NCBI GenBank assembly: GCA_000934665.2
Contig: KZ538509.1
Coordinates: 1-64,000 of the forward strand
Source: Catajapyx aquilonaris
Taxonomy: Eukaryota
Length of the DNA stretch: 64,000 nt
Reading direction: 5' to 3'
Part shown: in pieces, positions 12,901 to 25,920 of the stretch
Layout: each line of letters opens with the position of its first letter
How positions within the stretch are numbered: position 1 is the stretch's first letter
Made by a program: the position numbers and the translations under genes
The notes under the pieces: model-generated
Told to the model about the DNA's origin: nothing
The model's database searches: none
The model's input: the letters and a program-made list of their open reading frames with translations, nothing else

Positions 12901-14461
12901 CCTCGGCTTCCAATTGCCTATTTTCTTCTGTTCGTTCTACCCACTTGACTACGCCATGCTCATTTACAAAATCGGTTGATTTTGAAGGAAAAAATGGCAC
13001 TCTATTACAGTGCAATGGATCGATTAACTTTGGTTGTAGGATTATTCATAAGCGGTGAGTCATTAATGGAAATGGTCAGAGGGAGGTCAAACCTATAAAA
13101 TTGAATCTGGAAATAAAAGCAATATGCCCGTGTAAAACGACGTCCCCCCGTCACATTGGACGCTGGCCCGAAACCATTCAGTCGCAACCATTATTGCACC
13201 TACTCTAATTGAATAGCACGATGAATTTGCCACCAATTCAATGCGCTCCCGCAAACACCGCAATCAGACGAGGGAGGGATTTGCATAACCTCACGTATAT
13301 GCCCGGATCATCATTTGTCGATGTAGCCGTTATTGTTAGTTGATATCTGCAAACCCACTTTTTATCTGATGATGTTAGCAGTCGCATATCATCATCGGGT
13401 CACATCGTATTACGCTTTAGCTCTACCTTTGTTGAAGCGTAAATCAGTGCCAAGCTCGCTTTTCATACCGGCTTTTATGAATAGTAATGTCTTCTGTCAT
13501 CGGTTGTTATTCTTGCACCATTTGCATCGCAAATGCGACGAGGGGTTGAGCAAAACCGGATGCGGCATCCTCTCCTCTCTAAATAGTGTGAACATGTGTT
13601 TACTCCTGCAATGGAGTGCTCTTCTCAGGGGCCTTCAATAATGATATTTTCATCCAGGCAAATTACACATTGTAAAGGTTATATCCAAGTTTCTAAGACC
13701 ATATTTCACATTGAATTGCCCAGTTTCTCTCCATGAAACGCTCAATATTTGCGCAGGCAAATACGACTGGAGCAGGCAAGACTGCAATATATCATGGGAA
13801 CATAATTATTGTAGCCTACTATTGTTTCAACCAGAGAATGGTACATTGAAGTCACAACCCTTTAATATTGTTAGTTTCATCCTTGGCATTGTTGAAAGTA
13901 ATTTGTTGCCCATTCTCTTCTTGAAGTGATAATAGACTACACTATTTAAGGCAGAATGGTGAAGTAATGATAATTATATAGAGACAGGGTGATAATGAAT
14001 AGCGACGAAATGAGTTGGTTCATGGATATGCTCTCCTTTAAGTCGTAAATAAAAAATACCCAACAATTACTTTCAAAGTGTAACGATGTTCCGGACCCGC
14101 CGCCAAGTTAAGCTTAAGGCACGTGGCCCGGATTTTTGGATACCGCAGTCCTGAGCTTAACTCGGCTTTCATCATTCAGCAATGGAGTGATTTATTAAGA
14201 CTGTACCATGAATCGTTACTGAGGACAAATCCTACGGGACGGTCGGAAATGTGGACAATCACCTAAATATACACGTATAGTAGTGAAAGTGCTTGTATAT
14301 AGAGGCTTACTGTGTCAATCCAATGAAATCCAATACGTCGCACCCAAAATCTGTGCCCGATCGAAGTTCTATGATGCTGACATGTAGTACCCCTACAAGT
14401 AGAGCAGTAAATTATTGCGAGTTATTGCCAGAAATGTAATGTACCTGTGTGTTGAGGTTTT

Positions 14462-14743
14462 GTAATAATAATAATTCATACCCCGTTATCAGCCGGCGGC
14501 TCTTTAGGGGGGATTTTTTTTAGGACTGGAACTCTTCGTTTCGATTTTACTGCGCTTTTTGGGATAGGATAGGAAGGAGGCGGCTGTGGCCTATTATTTT
14601 AGGAAACAACTCCGGAATTCTCCTGGAGGAACCGTGGGAAACCACAGAAAACCACGGTTAGAGTTGCCGGCACCGGGATTCGAACCCAGGACCTCCCGAT
14701 TAGCAGTCGGATACCATATCCCCTCCGCCACCACTGCTTCGGT
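14462..14743 (-). mobile_element. tRNA-derived SINE resembling insect Talua/Lm1-type SINEs, with stem-loop tail and (ATT)n end
   Basis: Minus strand: A-box-like TGGCGGAGGGG, B-box GGTTCGAATCC, body GGTTTTCTGTGGTTTCCC...AGGCCACAGCCGCCTCCTTCC, then CCCCCCTAAAGAGCCGCCGGCTGATAACGGGGTATG(ATT)n. Family resemblance is from memory, not from a search. Confidence 0.8.
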
Positions 14744-17700
14744 TGTACTGTGTTCGGTATAGTACTGTATATTGTTGTATGTATGGGGTTAGTCGAATTT
14801 TTAAGATACACACAGAAAACTGACCACTCCATTTTTCTTTACTCCAGAATATTATTTAACAATATTCAGTATCAGCGAGCTAACAGTAAGTGTGGTCACT
14901 GTGGTGTAATGCTTAGTTCAACTACGCACGCACACGTTTCTGATATTACAAATTGCCCGCAACAATAATTACTCGCTGTTTGAGTGTAATACAGTTAGTG
15001 GCGTCGGTATCGGGTTTCAAGTTGGCTTCTGGGGCACCTGAGCCATGAAATCTGTTCTGAGAGGTAGTTGGGGGGTCGATCCCAGGATGGAGAATAGCCT
15101 GCAAACAAGGCTTGAAGGGATTTTATGTGTCTCGCATTAGTCGCTTAAGCATTTCAAGCAGCACCCCGAAGGGTTGATTGAAGCGGACTGACACATACTC
15201 AGTCCTCGACTTAGCTCCCACCTACCCTGCAACCAAGCTTCCTGGGCCTTAATCTGTAGTTCAAACAGAATCTAGCACTAAACTAGCAGTGCAAATGATC
15301 CTCCGGTTGTAATCGCGGCTGCTTCCTTTATGCAAGCAGCCTCTTACAAGATTAGGCCACGTTCGAGCTGTGCAGAGATGTGCCAAAGGTGTCAACATTA
15401 TGCCTGTATTGGGGAAGCCAACTGTTTCATGGGTTAACGGTGTTTCGCCTCCTGTTGATTCAATTTATTACGTACTTTATGATAGCTGTTTTGAAAAGCC
15501 TTGTATAGGATATACCAATATACCACATAAACACATAAAATATAAACAATTTCAATACTGAGCTTACATACACAATTCCCAAGTTGAAGTCTAATTACCA
15601 ACACTTGGTAAGCAGCACCAAATATATTAGTACCAAAAACTGCATATGTACAACTGTGTCCCCAAAAGAAAAATACAATCAACTGACATAATTTGCGCTT
15701 TTTCATACGTATAATACTATTCCAAGTGTCTTGAAAACATAACACACTTCACTATACGTACAAACATAATGTCAAGAGAGCACAAAAACCTTTTAATATC
15801 ACTTTTGTTTTATGCAAAAATACTCGTAATTCAATAAACCCACCACAAAATCAGTCTGTTCTTTTCTTAGCTTTACTGGTGAACATGTAGTGGTGGGAGG
15901 GGTTGGGCTGATTGGGGTTGGAAGAGAAAAATTTGGAGATGATTAAGATATTTTTGGTTGTGGCTATGTTGTTCTGGAAGCACTCTGGAGACTGGGTGAT
16001 GCAATAGATACTTCAGACACAGCCTCTTCAAGCTTAGGAACAGGGTCTCGCCGGTAGACAAACTGGGAAAATTCATCAGACGGCCGACAAATGTCCGAGG
16101 CAGGAAGATGTCGACAATGTAGTTCAAGTTTGAGTAGCTGCAATGAGACAAAATATTTCCTATAGTCACACTAGTGAAAAGTTTGCCACGGATGACCATA
16201 TCAATATTTTGATCATCACAATCATCGAGTTATTTTCACTTTTGTAGTGCTTAACTTCGTTTTATGCATATAGACCCCCACGACTGAATGGTTCAGAGTT
16301 TATTAGCCGGCTTTTATATTTGTATAGGTATAGACAGTCGCATGTTCGTCCCCAAAGTGGAGATAGGGCAATTTGATTTGCCGCCACTGGTTTAGGTCCG
16401 GCATGCTGGCCTCATTGCGGGTGTGAAAACGTGAGCCAGAATTATTGTGTCCCCCGGATCAATGGACGTGTTTGAAAATGTCCGTCAGAGAAGAAGCTCG
16501 GATCGATGTTTGGCAACCCGTTCCTGCATACCCTATATACCTGTTGCACGCTCGGGACTTGGGAAAAGATTGCACAAAATCGCAGCTTATTCGCTACATG
16601 AGTTTGTTGACGAGGTAATCGACTGTATAGTGAGTGCGTGCTCGCTGTTAAAAATTGCATGGGATTTAGAAACAGTAAAAAAGTGGTCCAAACAGCACGC
16701 CTAATGTACTCGCTAGAGCTTGTTTTTAATTCTGTTTTTACTTAGCTTAATAATACAGGATCAAAAGTGGTATTAAAAAGCAATATTAGTGGAACGACAG
16801 CTAGCAGGATTTTTTGGGGGAAAAAAACATGTTTTTGTTACACAAGTGGGTCTGATTGGGCTGAAATTTAAAGGATCTCGTCGATAAGTGGGGCCTACGA
16901 GTCTGTAGAACTATCGTTGTGGTGAGAAATGGGTTGCATTTCCATGGAACAATCGCCTTGTATTACATTTCGAACGCCACAGTTGGGATGAAACAGAGGT
17001 CTCTAGGGGCTACTTTTTTGTTTTCCCTCGCTGAATTTATAGGCTTCCGGATCTCGTCGGACACATATTGCGGCTCGATTTTGGGCGCAAAATATCGGAT
17101 ATGGCATTAAATCGTGTTATAGGCGACGTTTAATCTATCGTGTGCACTCGCAATCAGTTTGTCACCCATATTGTTCACTATAGTATTTGGCTGCTGGTTA
17201 TACGAAGCTTTTTTTCAGTATATTTCGTTACTCTCGGTCATGCTAAATCTGGATAGAAATAATCTAAACATTTGCTTTGGGTTGCAAAATTTCTGTAATG
17301 CTCAAATGTGATATCACAAGCTGTTTGTATAAACCTTTAATTATAGAATGATGACAAGAACAGCTTACTCGTACTTTACGTACCTTTTGATTGCTAATGA
17401 CATGCAGCATGTTTATTTTTTCCTCTCTGTCCAATTACTGGTTTTTTAGAGGGGAAACTACCACTTTGAGGATTTGTTAGTTACTTCGCCTGAGCACATC
17501 AAAGCTCGAGTCGCATTATTTAAAAAGACGTTCGTGCTTGAAAAATATATTTTTACTTACTTCATACCAGCCGTGTGCGGAAATGAAGCGATATTCAAAA
17601 CGTACTCATTTATATGGATTAGTCTTCTGACTGCTCATAATTTCTACTATACTGTGTGCATGTAGGCAACGCTACAGGTTCCATAAAATGCACTGCAATG

Positions 17701-18503
17701 TGGAATGTCGTATTATTCCTTCAGCTCTAACTTCCGGTGGAGCCTCCTTTTTTAACAAAAATTGACAGCGGAGCCCCTGACAATTTTTCAATTTCAATGT
17801 ATGCTTCACGTATAGGGCCTACATGTACGCGAACTGTATACTCTATAATAGTCTATATCACTAAAAAATATGGATACGATTTTGCATTTGGTTTCAATGA
17901 AAAATCGCATCTATCTTTTTGCGTAATATAGTAGACAAGCATCATGAGCAGATGCTGAAAATTACTTTTTTATATAAATAGCAGCTACTGTGATGAAGAT
18001 TGTTTTTCACAGTTTGGCGATGTCCGATTTTATGGATATCTGCAGAAAAGTGCCAGGTTCAGCGTCGAAGCGGTTCGTGTACTTGGGGGTAGTTGCTGCA
18101 TAGGCAGAAAAGATTCACACTAATCATTCACACGTAAGTGATGGCAAATAGAAAAAAAGACGAAGAATTTTTTAAAAATCGCCCAGCAGTGGTTATAACT
18201 CGTCTTTTAATCTTCGCAAAAATTTTGAACGAGACTTTATTTTTCAAGGAAATATATTTTTAAAGTCGTGTATGACTAATGCCTATGAGGCATTCATATC
18301 GTCGGCAATAAGGAGATATGGCAAATAAACAATTTTAAATATTTTACAGGAGAGGTAAAATAGGTTGAAAATACGAAGGCCTGTCAAATAAAATTGAGAC
18401 TTATTGTTTATGTGACAAAGAGAATTAGTTCATGACTATAGCGGTGAATGGCATGGTGTCCAGTATAGATGGAAGTATTAGAACACCGATTCTTGTTCAA
18501 ATA

Positions 18504-18772
18504 CGTATAATAATGGATACCCCGTGATAGGCCTCCCTGAGCCTCTTAGGGGATCATCTTTTTCGTGAACCGTCTTTAATCATTGCCTGCGCTGTGACGG
18601 ATTTTTATTGCGGGAGGAAACGGGAGAACCCTGAGAAAACCCACGCGAACACGGAGAGAACCCATAGAAACTCTATCCACATAAGTAGTCTCTGTCCGAT
18701 CCGGGGATCGAACTCGGGACCTCAGAGGTGGAAGGCTGTGGCGCTAACCACTACGCCACCGTATCGCCCGTA
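18504..18772 (-). mobile_element. tRNA-derived SINE with V-domain-like core (family S2), full length
   Basis: Minus strand: A-box TGGCGTAGTGG, B-box GTTCGATCC, core GCGTGGGTTTTCTCAGGGTTCTCCCGTTTCCTCCC, tail CCCCTAAGAGGC...CTATCACGGGGTATCCATTATT; 15-bp TSD ATTCTTGTTCAAATA (18489-18503 / 18773-18787). Confidence 0.92.
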
Positions 18773-18907
18773 ATTCTTGTTCAAATATTCCGCAATCTCA
18801 GGCGATGGTGACACCGGAAGTAGACCTACAGGTTCACATTCGTCTCCGCACTGCCAGGAGGTCGACGGTGAGGACCACTATTCAGCGTTGAGGTTCTGGG
18901 AACCACT

Positions 18908-19154
18908 CTGGAGCCTCATGTAAAAACCATGTAACTCAAGATACTGGGTTTTTACTTGTAGGCCACAATTGGACGGGTCTTTTCAAGCTCTATCCACTGG
19001 TACAAACCACGTCTCTCTAACTTGTTTTCCTGCAAAGTTATTCAAGTTTTTCAAGTATGATTTATGCAAGAACTAATGGCAGATCACGAACTTTGAGGTG
19101 CAATATCTCAAAATGGCCAAATCAGAGATACATGGTTTTTACATGAGGCTCCAG
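18908..19154. mobile_element. MITE with perfect 26-bp TIR and apparent 4-bp TSD (superfamily unassigned)
   Basis: TIR CTGGAGCCTCATGTAAAAACCATGTA at both ends; CACT directly repeated at 18904-07 and 19155-58. Confidence 0.88.
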
Positions 19155-21825
19155 CACTGTAAGAAAGGTTTATACCGGTACCTCTGACCTTGCGGCAATA
19201 ATAACAATAAGCCTACACATGATAAAGACTACCTAAGAAGATATACCCTATACTGTATAGTAAGAAGATTTGGAATAATTATATTCCATGTTTGTACTGC
19301 CATATTGCAATAAGCTTACAGCGAGGCCTATAGCTCACTCTAATTATTATGAGAAAATTATTTACTGGAAATACCATTTTTATAGAGGTAAAGTTATAGT
19401 GTTTGCCAATTCTACCAAATTAGGCTATCCATTGTGTAGCATGAATGAGCTCAATGGAGATGCAAATGGGCCACCCCACAATGGTGCAGCAAACAGTATA
19501 AGTTGATGGTCGGATTTGTGACAGTGTTCATTTAAAGTGTGGATTATAGCTAGCAAGGGAATGAAACTAATTTTACACTTTTAAACGCGTTAAATTTCCA
19601 TGTTCTATTTTATGAAACAGTGCCATTATTAGATAAAATATTATTTTTCACGCGATTATTGTGTATCGGGAGTGCCCACAAGGACCGATAGCAAACTTTA
19701 GGTGCGATTTAAAAAGTTTAAAAAATACATTGCTTCATAATATCAGCTTGCAGAAGGTCAATATTGCGAATTTTATGCGTAATGCGCAGTATTTTAATGA
19801 GTGATTACCTCGTTAGGCTGTAGATGAGCAACATCCACAGTATTATCAAGATCGTAATTTTATTTCATCCATGGAACACATTGGTCCTGAAACTGATTTT
19901 AATCAGATGAAATAGCTAGTGATATTGCGAGGAAATTCCCAATTTGCACCCAAGAGCCAACCGCATTATGGTGACGAAAATTCGCATCTTTTTTGTCCAT
20001 TAGATATATTACCTTTTCAATCATCATCTCCGGCCAAAAATTAGGAGCGAACCTAATTGCTTCCCCGGAATTTCTTTGGCTAAAACCTTCCCTTAATGAG
20101 CAACGATTACACCATCTTCCAACGAGGTTCCTTGACTTGTCTTCATCCCGGACGCGTTTTTCCTTACAACCTTCTCTCTCAGGTCGATATATCACTATAA
20201 AAACTGACTTTATAGGATTTAAATTCGTTAAAGGAAATTCTATAGTGGAATTTAGTTAGGGTAGTAAGTAGAACTGATTACTCAGTTAACGTCGGTGTGA
20301 TTACACGAAGACTTGAGGAAAGTTTCAGCGACGTACACACCCAACAGAATTAATAGCCCGCAAAATGTTCCGGTGATCTTCTTTAACGGGCTCGGAAGCG
20401 ACGTCGTAATTGGCTTGTCCAGCACTACGCTGCAGGGTTTTTCTGGCGATAAGGACCTTTCCGGACTTTTATTTGGCGCACGTCCCGTAATCCATCCTGA
20501 GGGATTGAAGGAAAGGCATGGTTCCTCGGGCCAATTTATTTGTAAGCCCAGGATTTGACTTTTTTTTCATGTTAATCTGCCCAAGACACTTGCTATTCTC
20601 CCGGCTCCTCCACCACGAGGTACTAAATGATATCTCCACGTTTAGATTGTTTTACAAAAAGTGGAAAAAAGTATCGTTTCCATACATGCTACATCTCTTT
20701 ATCTCACTCATTGCCCTTGCCCCCAGCCGCTCGTTAATCATTCTCCAGGTACGTGCTGCACGTATACCGTGTGGGAGCCTCGGTTCAAATGTCAAATTTT
20801 GATGTTGATGAAATTCCCAAATTCAAGTACCCTCGGGATTACTCCACGGGGCAAATGGCCAGGAACTAATTTTTTCAACCATTCCGGCGCGCGAGACCGG
20901 AATTTCCATTGGAGTTTCGGGTAACAGAGTTGTTCAAAAAATAGAAACTGTAGATGGATGAAAGAGAGCTGGAGTACCTGAACCCTTCCTGGTAGCTGTT
21001 GGAACCTTTTGCCACATGATGCCTCCAGCTAAGTCCTCCAAGGCCACATTTTGGAACAAGGGACTTGAAATGACAGCACAAAGGGGGAAACTCAATCTGG
21101 AGGTGTATCCTCCAGCGACTTCCCGGTAAGCCTCATCCATTGCCTGGTAGACCACCAGTCCCTGAGCAACAATAAGTGACACTGTATAGATCGTTCCGGG
21201 ACCTTCATCAAGCATCTACTGTGCCTAACTCTCGAACGCAGCCTCCACATATATGTACCCTGAGGCTGACATAACTCTACAACAACATCTTATGTAGCTG
21301 CCACCATTTGTTATCAGGGCAAAAGCATATTCGATTGCAACAGGTCTTGTGATGGGCCAAGTTCGTGCTTTTAGACGCTTGCAGCTCGGTTCAGGTGCGG
21401 TGGATAGATGGAGATGGAAGACAAAGTTTGAGTCATTCTCTTCTGCGGAAGGGGTTGCTCATGGGAATGAATCGACTCTCGTCTTCGTCTCAAAGCAGCT
21501 GATATTAATCCTAATTGCTTGGATTAAGAACTGAGAGCTTGCATTAGAACTGAGGAATGCAGATATGGTGGGAGGGAGTGGGGTGCATTACCTAGCCCTA
21601 CATTTTTCATCGTGCCTGGGTGCTGTCGTATCTCTTCGCTAATGGAAGCACGACGTCACTTTCAATTCATTTCCCATGTCGAGGCATTTCCCCACTTTTT
21701 GGGGGGCTTAGGGATATCACTTTGAAGGGGTATGAAATGCTGAGAGCTGGGCCTTATTTTTAGCACCTGGAGATATCGATTTTAATCCTTAGACTACGTG
21801 AGGGAAAAGGGTTATTCGCGGAATA

Positions 21826-21828
<3 letters not shown>

Positions 21829-21875
<47 letters not shown>
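21829..21875. repeat. (AG)n microsatellite, about 23 units
   Basis: Direct read. Confidence 0.98.
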
Positions 21876-21876
<1 letters not shown>

Positions 21877-22923
21877 GATTCCCAAGTAGTAAGCCCGGTG
21901 ATAGGAAATTGACTAAGTAGTGAGCTAATGAACTATACATCTGCAGTATAGTGGGTGCCTGCAACTTATAGGGCAAATTGGTCATCTAGACCGTGCGTAG
22001 GGTGGAACTGAATTATTCTTTGCGACATCAGCTTGTTTATGGGCCTTCAGAGAACAATGCATTGCAGGAGGTACGCGTTTCTGTAAAATCCATCAACTAA
22101 ATCGTAAAATTTTTCATTCAATAACGGTCTTTGTAATCTTCCGTGTGTCAGAGAGTTTGCAGTGTAGTACTGAACTAATTTGCCGCACCATTTGCAAGGA
22201 TTTCAATAATGTTACTCGAGGGCCTACTTCTAAGGATTTATAAACACTTGTTCTCCTGTACGAGTCTCACTATTCCACTTTTGCAGTTCAACTTGACAAC
22301 CGTGACGTCAAGTATTTCTACCCATGGGAATGTACTTTTGTTTGAAGTCGTGAAAACTCGCGGAACTGTCACAAACAGGGCCACCACGACAAAGGACTAA
22401 GTCGCATTACCGCTTCCGCAGCCTGAGGTTCTTGGAACAAGCCCAATATCAAAAGCAGCAAATTAATCATTATTCATATAAAAATATGTAGTCCAGAGTA
22501 TGCAATTAATGCCATTCATTAAAATAATTTTTTGCTCTAGCAATGTTATCATATTTAAAAACGTATACTGCAGTAAGGTGAACAAACATTATTTTTCTAC
22601 CTATTCCCAGAATTTAGTGCGGTAAAATAAGTTATTCCAGTGGCTTTACAGGTGTCAGTTTCCCATGAATGCAGCTTTACCTTTTGTTTCTCGTCATAAT
22701 AATACAGTAATTCTGGGAAATTTAATACGTGTATTTGCACCTTGCTTTAAAATATAGTCTGTTATGGCAGGTGCGGTGCAAAGTGGATGTTATTTTGTTT
22801 GCTTTGTCAAGTTGTGAATATTCATTTTCATACTACAGTCACAGCTATGATATTGTACTGTTCGTGATGGGCAATATATAGTTATGTCCTATTCATCTAT
22901 GATCCTATTATAACACACAAGAT

Positions 22924-23170
22924 GGGAAGGAGTGGAGCTGTGGTAACGTACGCGCCCATGGATGGAAGGTTCGCGGGTTCGATCCCAAGCCCAGGATTAT
23001 CACCACCTTCATCTCGTGCGGAGTTGGGCCGTCTTTGGCTTCATCTCAGGCGGGATTCCTTGAGACTAACCATCCTGGGGTAACTCACAAAATGACCAAG
23101 CAACGACACGCAGCTTGAACGTTGCACTCACCCCCAGCCCGTCAACCAGGACACTTCGCAAAAGGTTTCG
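22924..23170 (+). mobile_element. Probable tRNA-derived SINE (distinct family); 3' boundary uncertain
   Basis: A-box-like TGGAGCTGTGG and B-box GGTTCGATCC at tRNA-like spacing, followed by a GC-richer body in AT-rich flanks; no clear TSD. Confidence 0.55.
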
Positions 23171-24822
23171 AATGTACACTATACAATATATTGTATATGG
23201 AAATAATATAGGTCCACAGTAAAACATACCCAACATGCCCTATAAAAGTGGTCAAAGCACTACCTGCAATTTCTTGCACATAATCACATGGTTGTAAGAG
23301 CATAATGATGACTGACAAAGTGATCGTTTGTCAAATGAAACTGATGCAATATCTTGATACACCATGCAAGTAATTGTTGCCTGCCTACTATAATCAAGAA
23401 TTTCAGTTATGATAGTTGAAGCTCAAGTGGCAGCTTGCCCGGGAATTTCCAGCTTCTAGTTTCGTTTTAATTGGAGACTCTGATATTGCGGCCAGTGCAG
23501 GTATTCCATGAATAGAAGCCAGAATTCGCACCCTTCACTTAAATTGGAGGCAGTGAAATGAGTGCCGGTAGTAACATTACCGTCTTCTCTGAGCTAAATT
23601 ACGAGTAAGACAAGAATCTGCAAAAATAATGAGCGAAGATGTTAGCTTCGTCTTTCTCCGGATAAAAATAATTAACATTGACGGAGACGCCTTTGAAGGT
23701 CCTGTCTCATGAGAAGCAAATAAAGAGGCGTGCAATTATCTGATCCCGGATGTGATATAATGAAGTCTGGCATATTTTCTTCAATAATATATTCCGCTGC
23801 CAGTATAGGTTTCACATCTTCACGAGCAGCATATGTGTTCGGATATAAATTAGAAATAATTCTTAGTCCCTCTAGGGCTACATATTACGCCATTGCGTTG
23901 GACAAAAAATCCCCTAAGCCTGGTCCTTGCTTTTGGATTAAAGGACTTCAGGATTGCCTTCCGACTGTACAGAGCAAGGGCGGCATTTCGAGAATGACTA
24001 TGGTTTTTGCACAATGCGAATCCGCTCTTCCAGTGAGATATTTGGTCCTATAATCGCGGAGTTTAAATTCTTTGCTTGCCCTTTAATTCAGACCTTATCA
24101 AAATCCTGATGTGAATAATGACACCTGCAAAGTTGGGGCATAAGGTGATGCGTGTAAGTCTGGGACAACACAAAAGTTTTAAGTGCAGCAAAGTTCAGTA
24201 TTTTTAGTGGCAATCTCTTGTTCGTCTTCTTGCTGAAGGTGGCAAGTTCTACCACGAGCCATTACCTTGGCCTAACTAATCCGAAAGAAGTATTGGTCGG
24301 GGGAGTAAATCCCTTCGTGGCTCACAAATCAGTGAAAAGATTCTATACCCGCTTTCCGGTGCAAAGGATGTTCCAGTGGGGTCAAATCTGGTCAAGGTTT
24401 TCGGAGTTTAGAAAACCCTAGGCTATGTATACAGTAGAGTAGTGTGATAGTCTTATTGAATTGTACACATCTCTGAATCGTCTGATTCACCCGGCATTTT
24501 CGTTCGAAGACGTACAATCCGATTAACTTAAATGTGGCAGGAAGACATTTTACCAAGACGTAATTCTCACCCGATGTCCGGTAGAATTTTCGTGCTAGAT
24601 CACGTGAGATATACCCAATTGCATCATTCATATCGGAGTTCATGAATTTTTTCCGCGCTTGCCCTATCCCTCACTTTCGCTCCCCGTTGTCATTCAACGC
24701 AGATCTTTCTTATGGTGTGGCGCAAAAGTCGAGAGTTGTGAAAAGCACGAGTGTTTTCTCCGTACAGTAGCCTAACATCGCCGCATATTTTAGCAATATT
24801 TTTCGCCTCACTACCAGATGAC

Positions 24823-24893
24823 TTAATAATAATTATATATATAATTAATTTATAATAATATATATTAATAATTATTAATGAATAATAATTAAA
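24823..24893. repeat. AT-only low-complexity tract
   Basis: About 70 bp containing a single G and no C. Confidence 0.9.
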
Positions 24894-25095
24894 GACAATA
24901 GGAAAAAAACAATAAGTATCGCCTTTATCTAAATCCAAAGATGAGACAAACAAAAGTGAAAATGCACACCTTTATTTTCCAATGTAGCTACTCTCTGAGA
25001 CATTGCTGCATTGTCCCATTAGAGTGATTAGACAGACGACAAGGGAACCCTTTCCTGGCACCTGGAGCCACCATTGTCACTCTGATTGCGATAAA

Positions 25096-25289
25096 CATTC
25101 TAACACCAACCTTGTGTCCAGTGACTCTCACCTCTTGGGTCCTCTGAAGACGCAGTTTAGACAGAATAATTTTTCTAATTGGAAGAGACGGAAGGTGCAG
25201 TGTTGACTCCTGCGCAAGGAAAGGCGACCTTTCATGACAGGAGAATTGAAAAACCTGTATCTTCGTCATTGCATCAATGTGTCAGGAAA
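25096..25289 (+). pseudogene. Decayed mariner (DD34D-type) transposase C-terminal fragment
   Basis: HSNTNLVSSDSHLLGPLKTQFRQNNFSN then, after a frameshift, EETEGAVL...TFHDRRIEKPVS..HQCV. This parallels the mariner YSPDLAPSDFHLFGPLK...F...DEEVK.AV...FY..GIEKLV.RW.KCV region. Confidence 0.75.
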
Positions 25290-25440
25290 ATAAGCACTGC
25301 CTCTCTGCCTCTCTGGAAATTAATTCATTCCTTTTCAAAATCCAAGGTAATAACTAAAATCAATGTCAGAATCTCGCTAGCAAGAGGTCATAAAATAGAG
25401 TTGGCTGCAATGCCTGTAAGACCTTATTTGCCATTATTAA

Positions 25441-25847
25441 ATGGACACTCCACTCAAAATACAAGTAAAAATCGGGCAAAAAATCCTGATTCCGAGGGTA
25501 TAAGCAGTTTTTCTTAGAGACGAACGGTAAGGCCAGTGTGAAAGCTGGAAGTGTGTCGTTCGAAAACCGCGCGCGGGGCATGTGGGCGCAGGTGGCGACA
25601 CCACCGGAGTGGAACCGGGCGGAACTAGAGAATGCATCCTGGCGCGGCATGGTGTTTACAATGCACACTATACTTCTCCGGTTTGCCGCGGGATGCTGTT
25701 GTATCGCCCTTCTTAGCAGACGACGTGTGTAGATATATGATTTTCCGTGTTACCGTTGGGCGTAGAAAAAAACCGATTGCACATTCGGAATCATGATTTT
25801 TTGCCCGATTTTTGGGGGCCAACTTGTATTTTGAGTGGAGTGTCCCT
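25441..25847. mobile_element. Non-autonomous DNA transposon, Kolobok-like (TTAA TSD, AG-type termini)
   Basis: TIR A(T/G)GGACACTCCACTCAAAATACAAGT plus subterminal inverted AAAAATCGGGCAAAAAATC(C/A)TGATTCCGA; TTAA at 25437-40 and 25848-51. Confidence 0.85.
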
Positions 25848-25920
25848 TTAATGCAGGGAAAGTTTGTGTTAGTACTAAACTTTTTAATCAAAGAAACTCT
25901 TGCCACAGTAAGTGTGTGAC

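Noticed and set aside
14210..14300. Penelope-type hammerhead ribozyme (CTGAGGA...GAAA); similar motif at 396-425
   Set aside because: Core words are present, but stems I and III and the cleavage triplet do not form properly; at best a decayed relic.
18690..18772. tRNA genes at the A/B-box sequences (also 14670-14743, 22924-22992, 30334-30400, 40030-40112, 48984-49055)
   Set aside because: I could not fold clean cloverleaves. They run into SINE bodies and tails, and several are bounded by TSDs.
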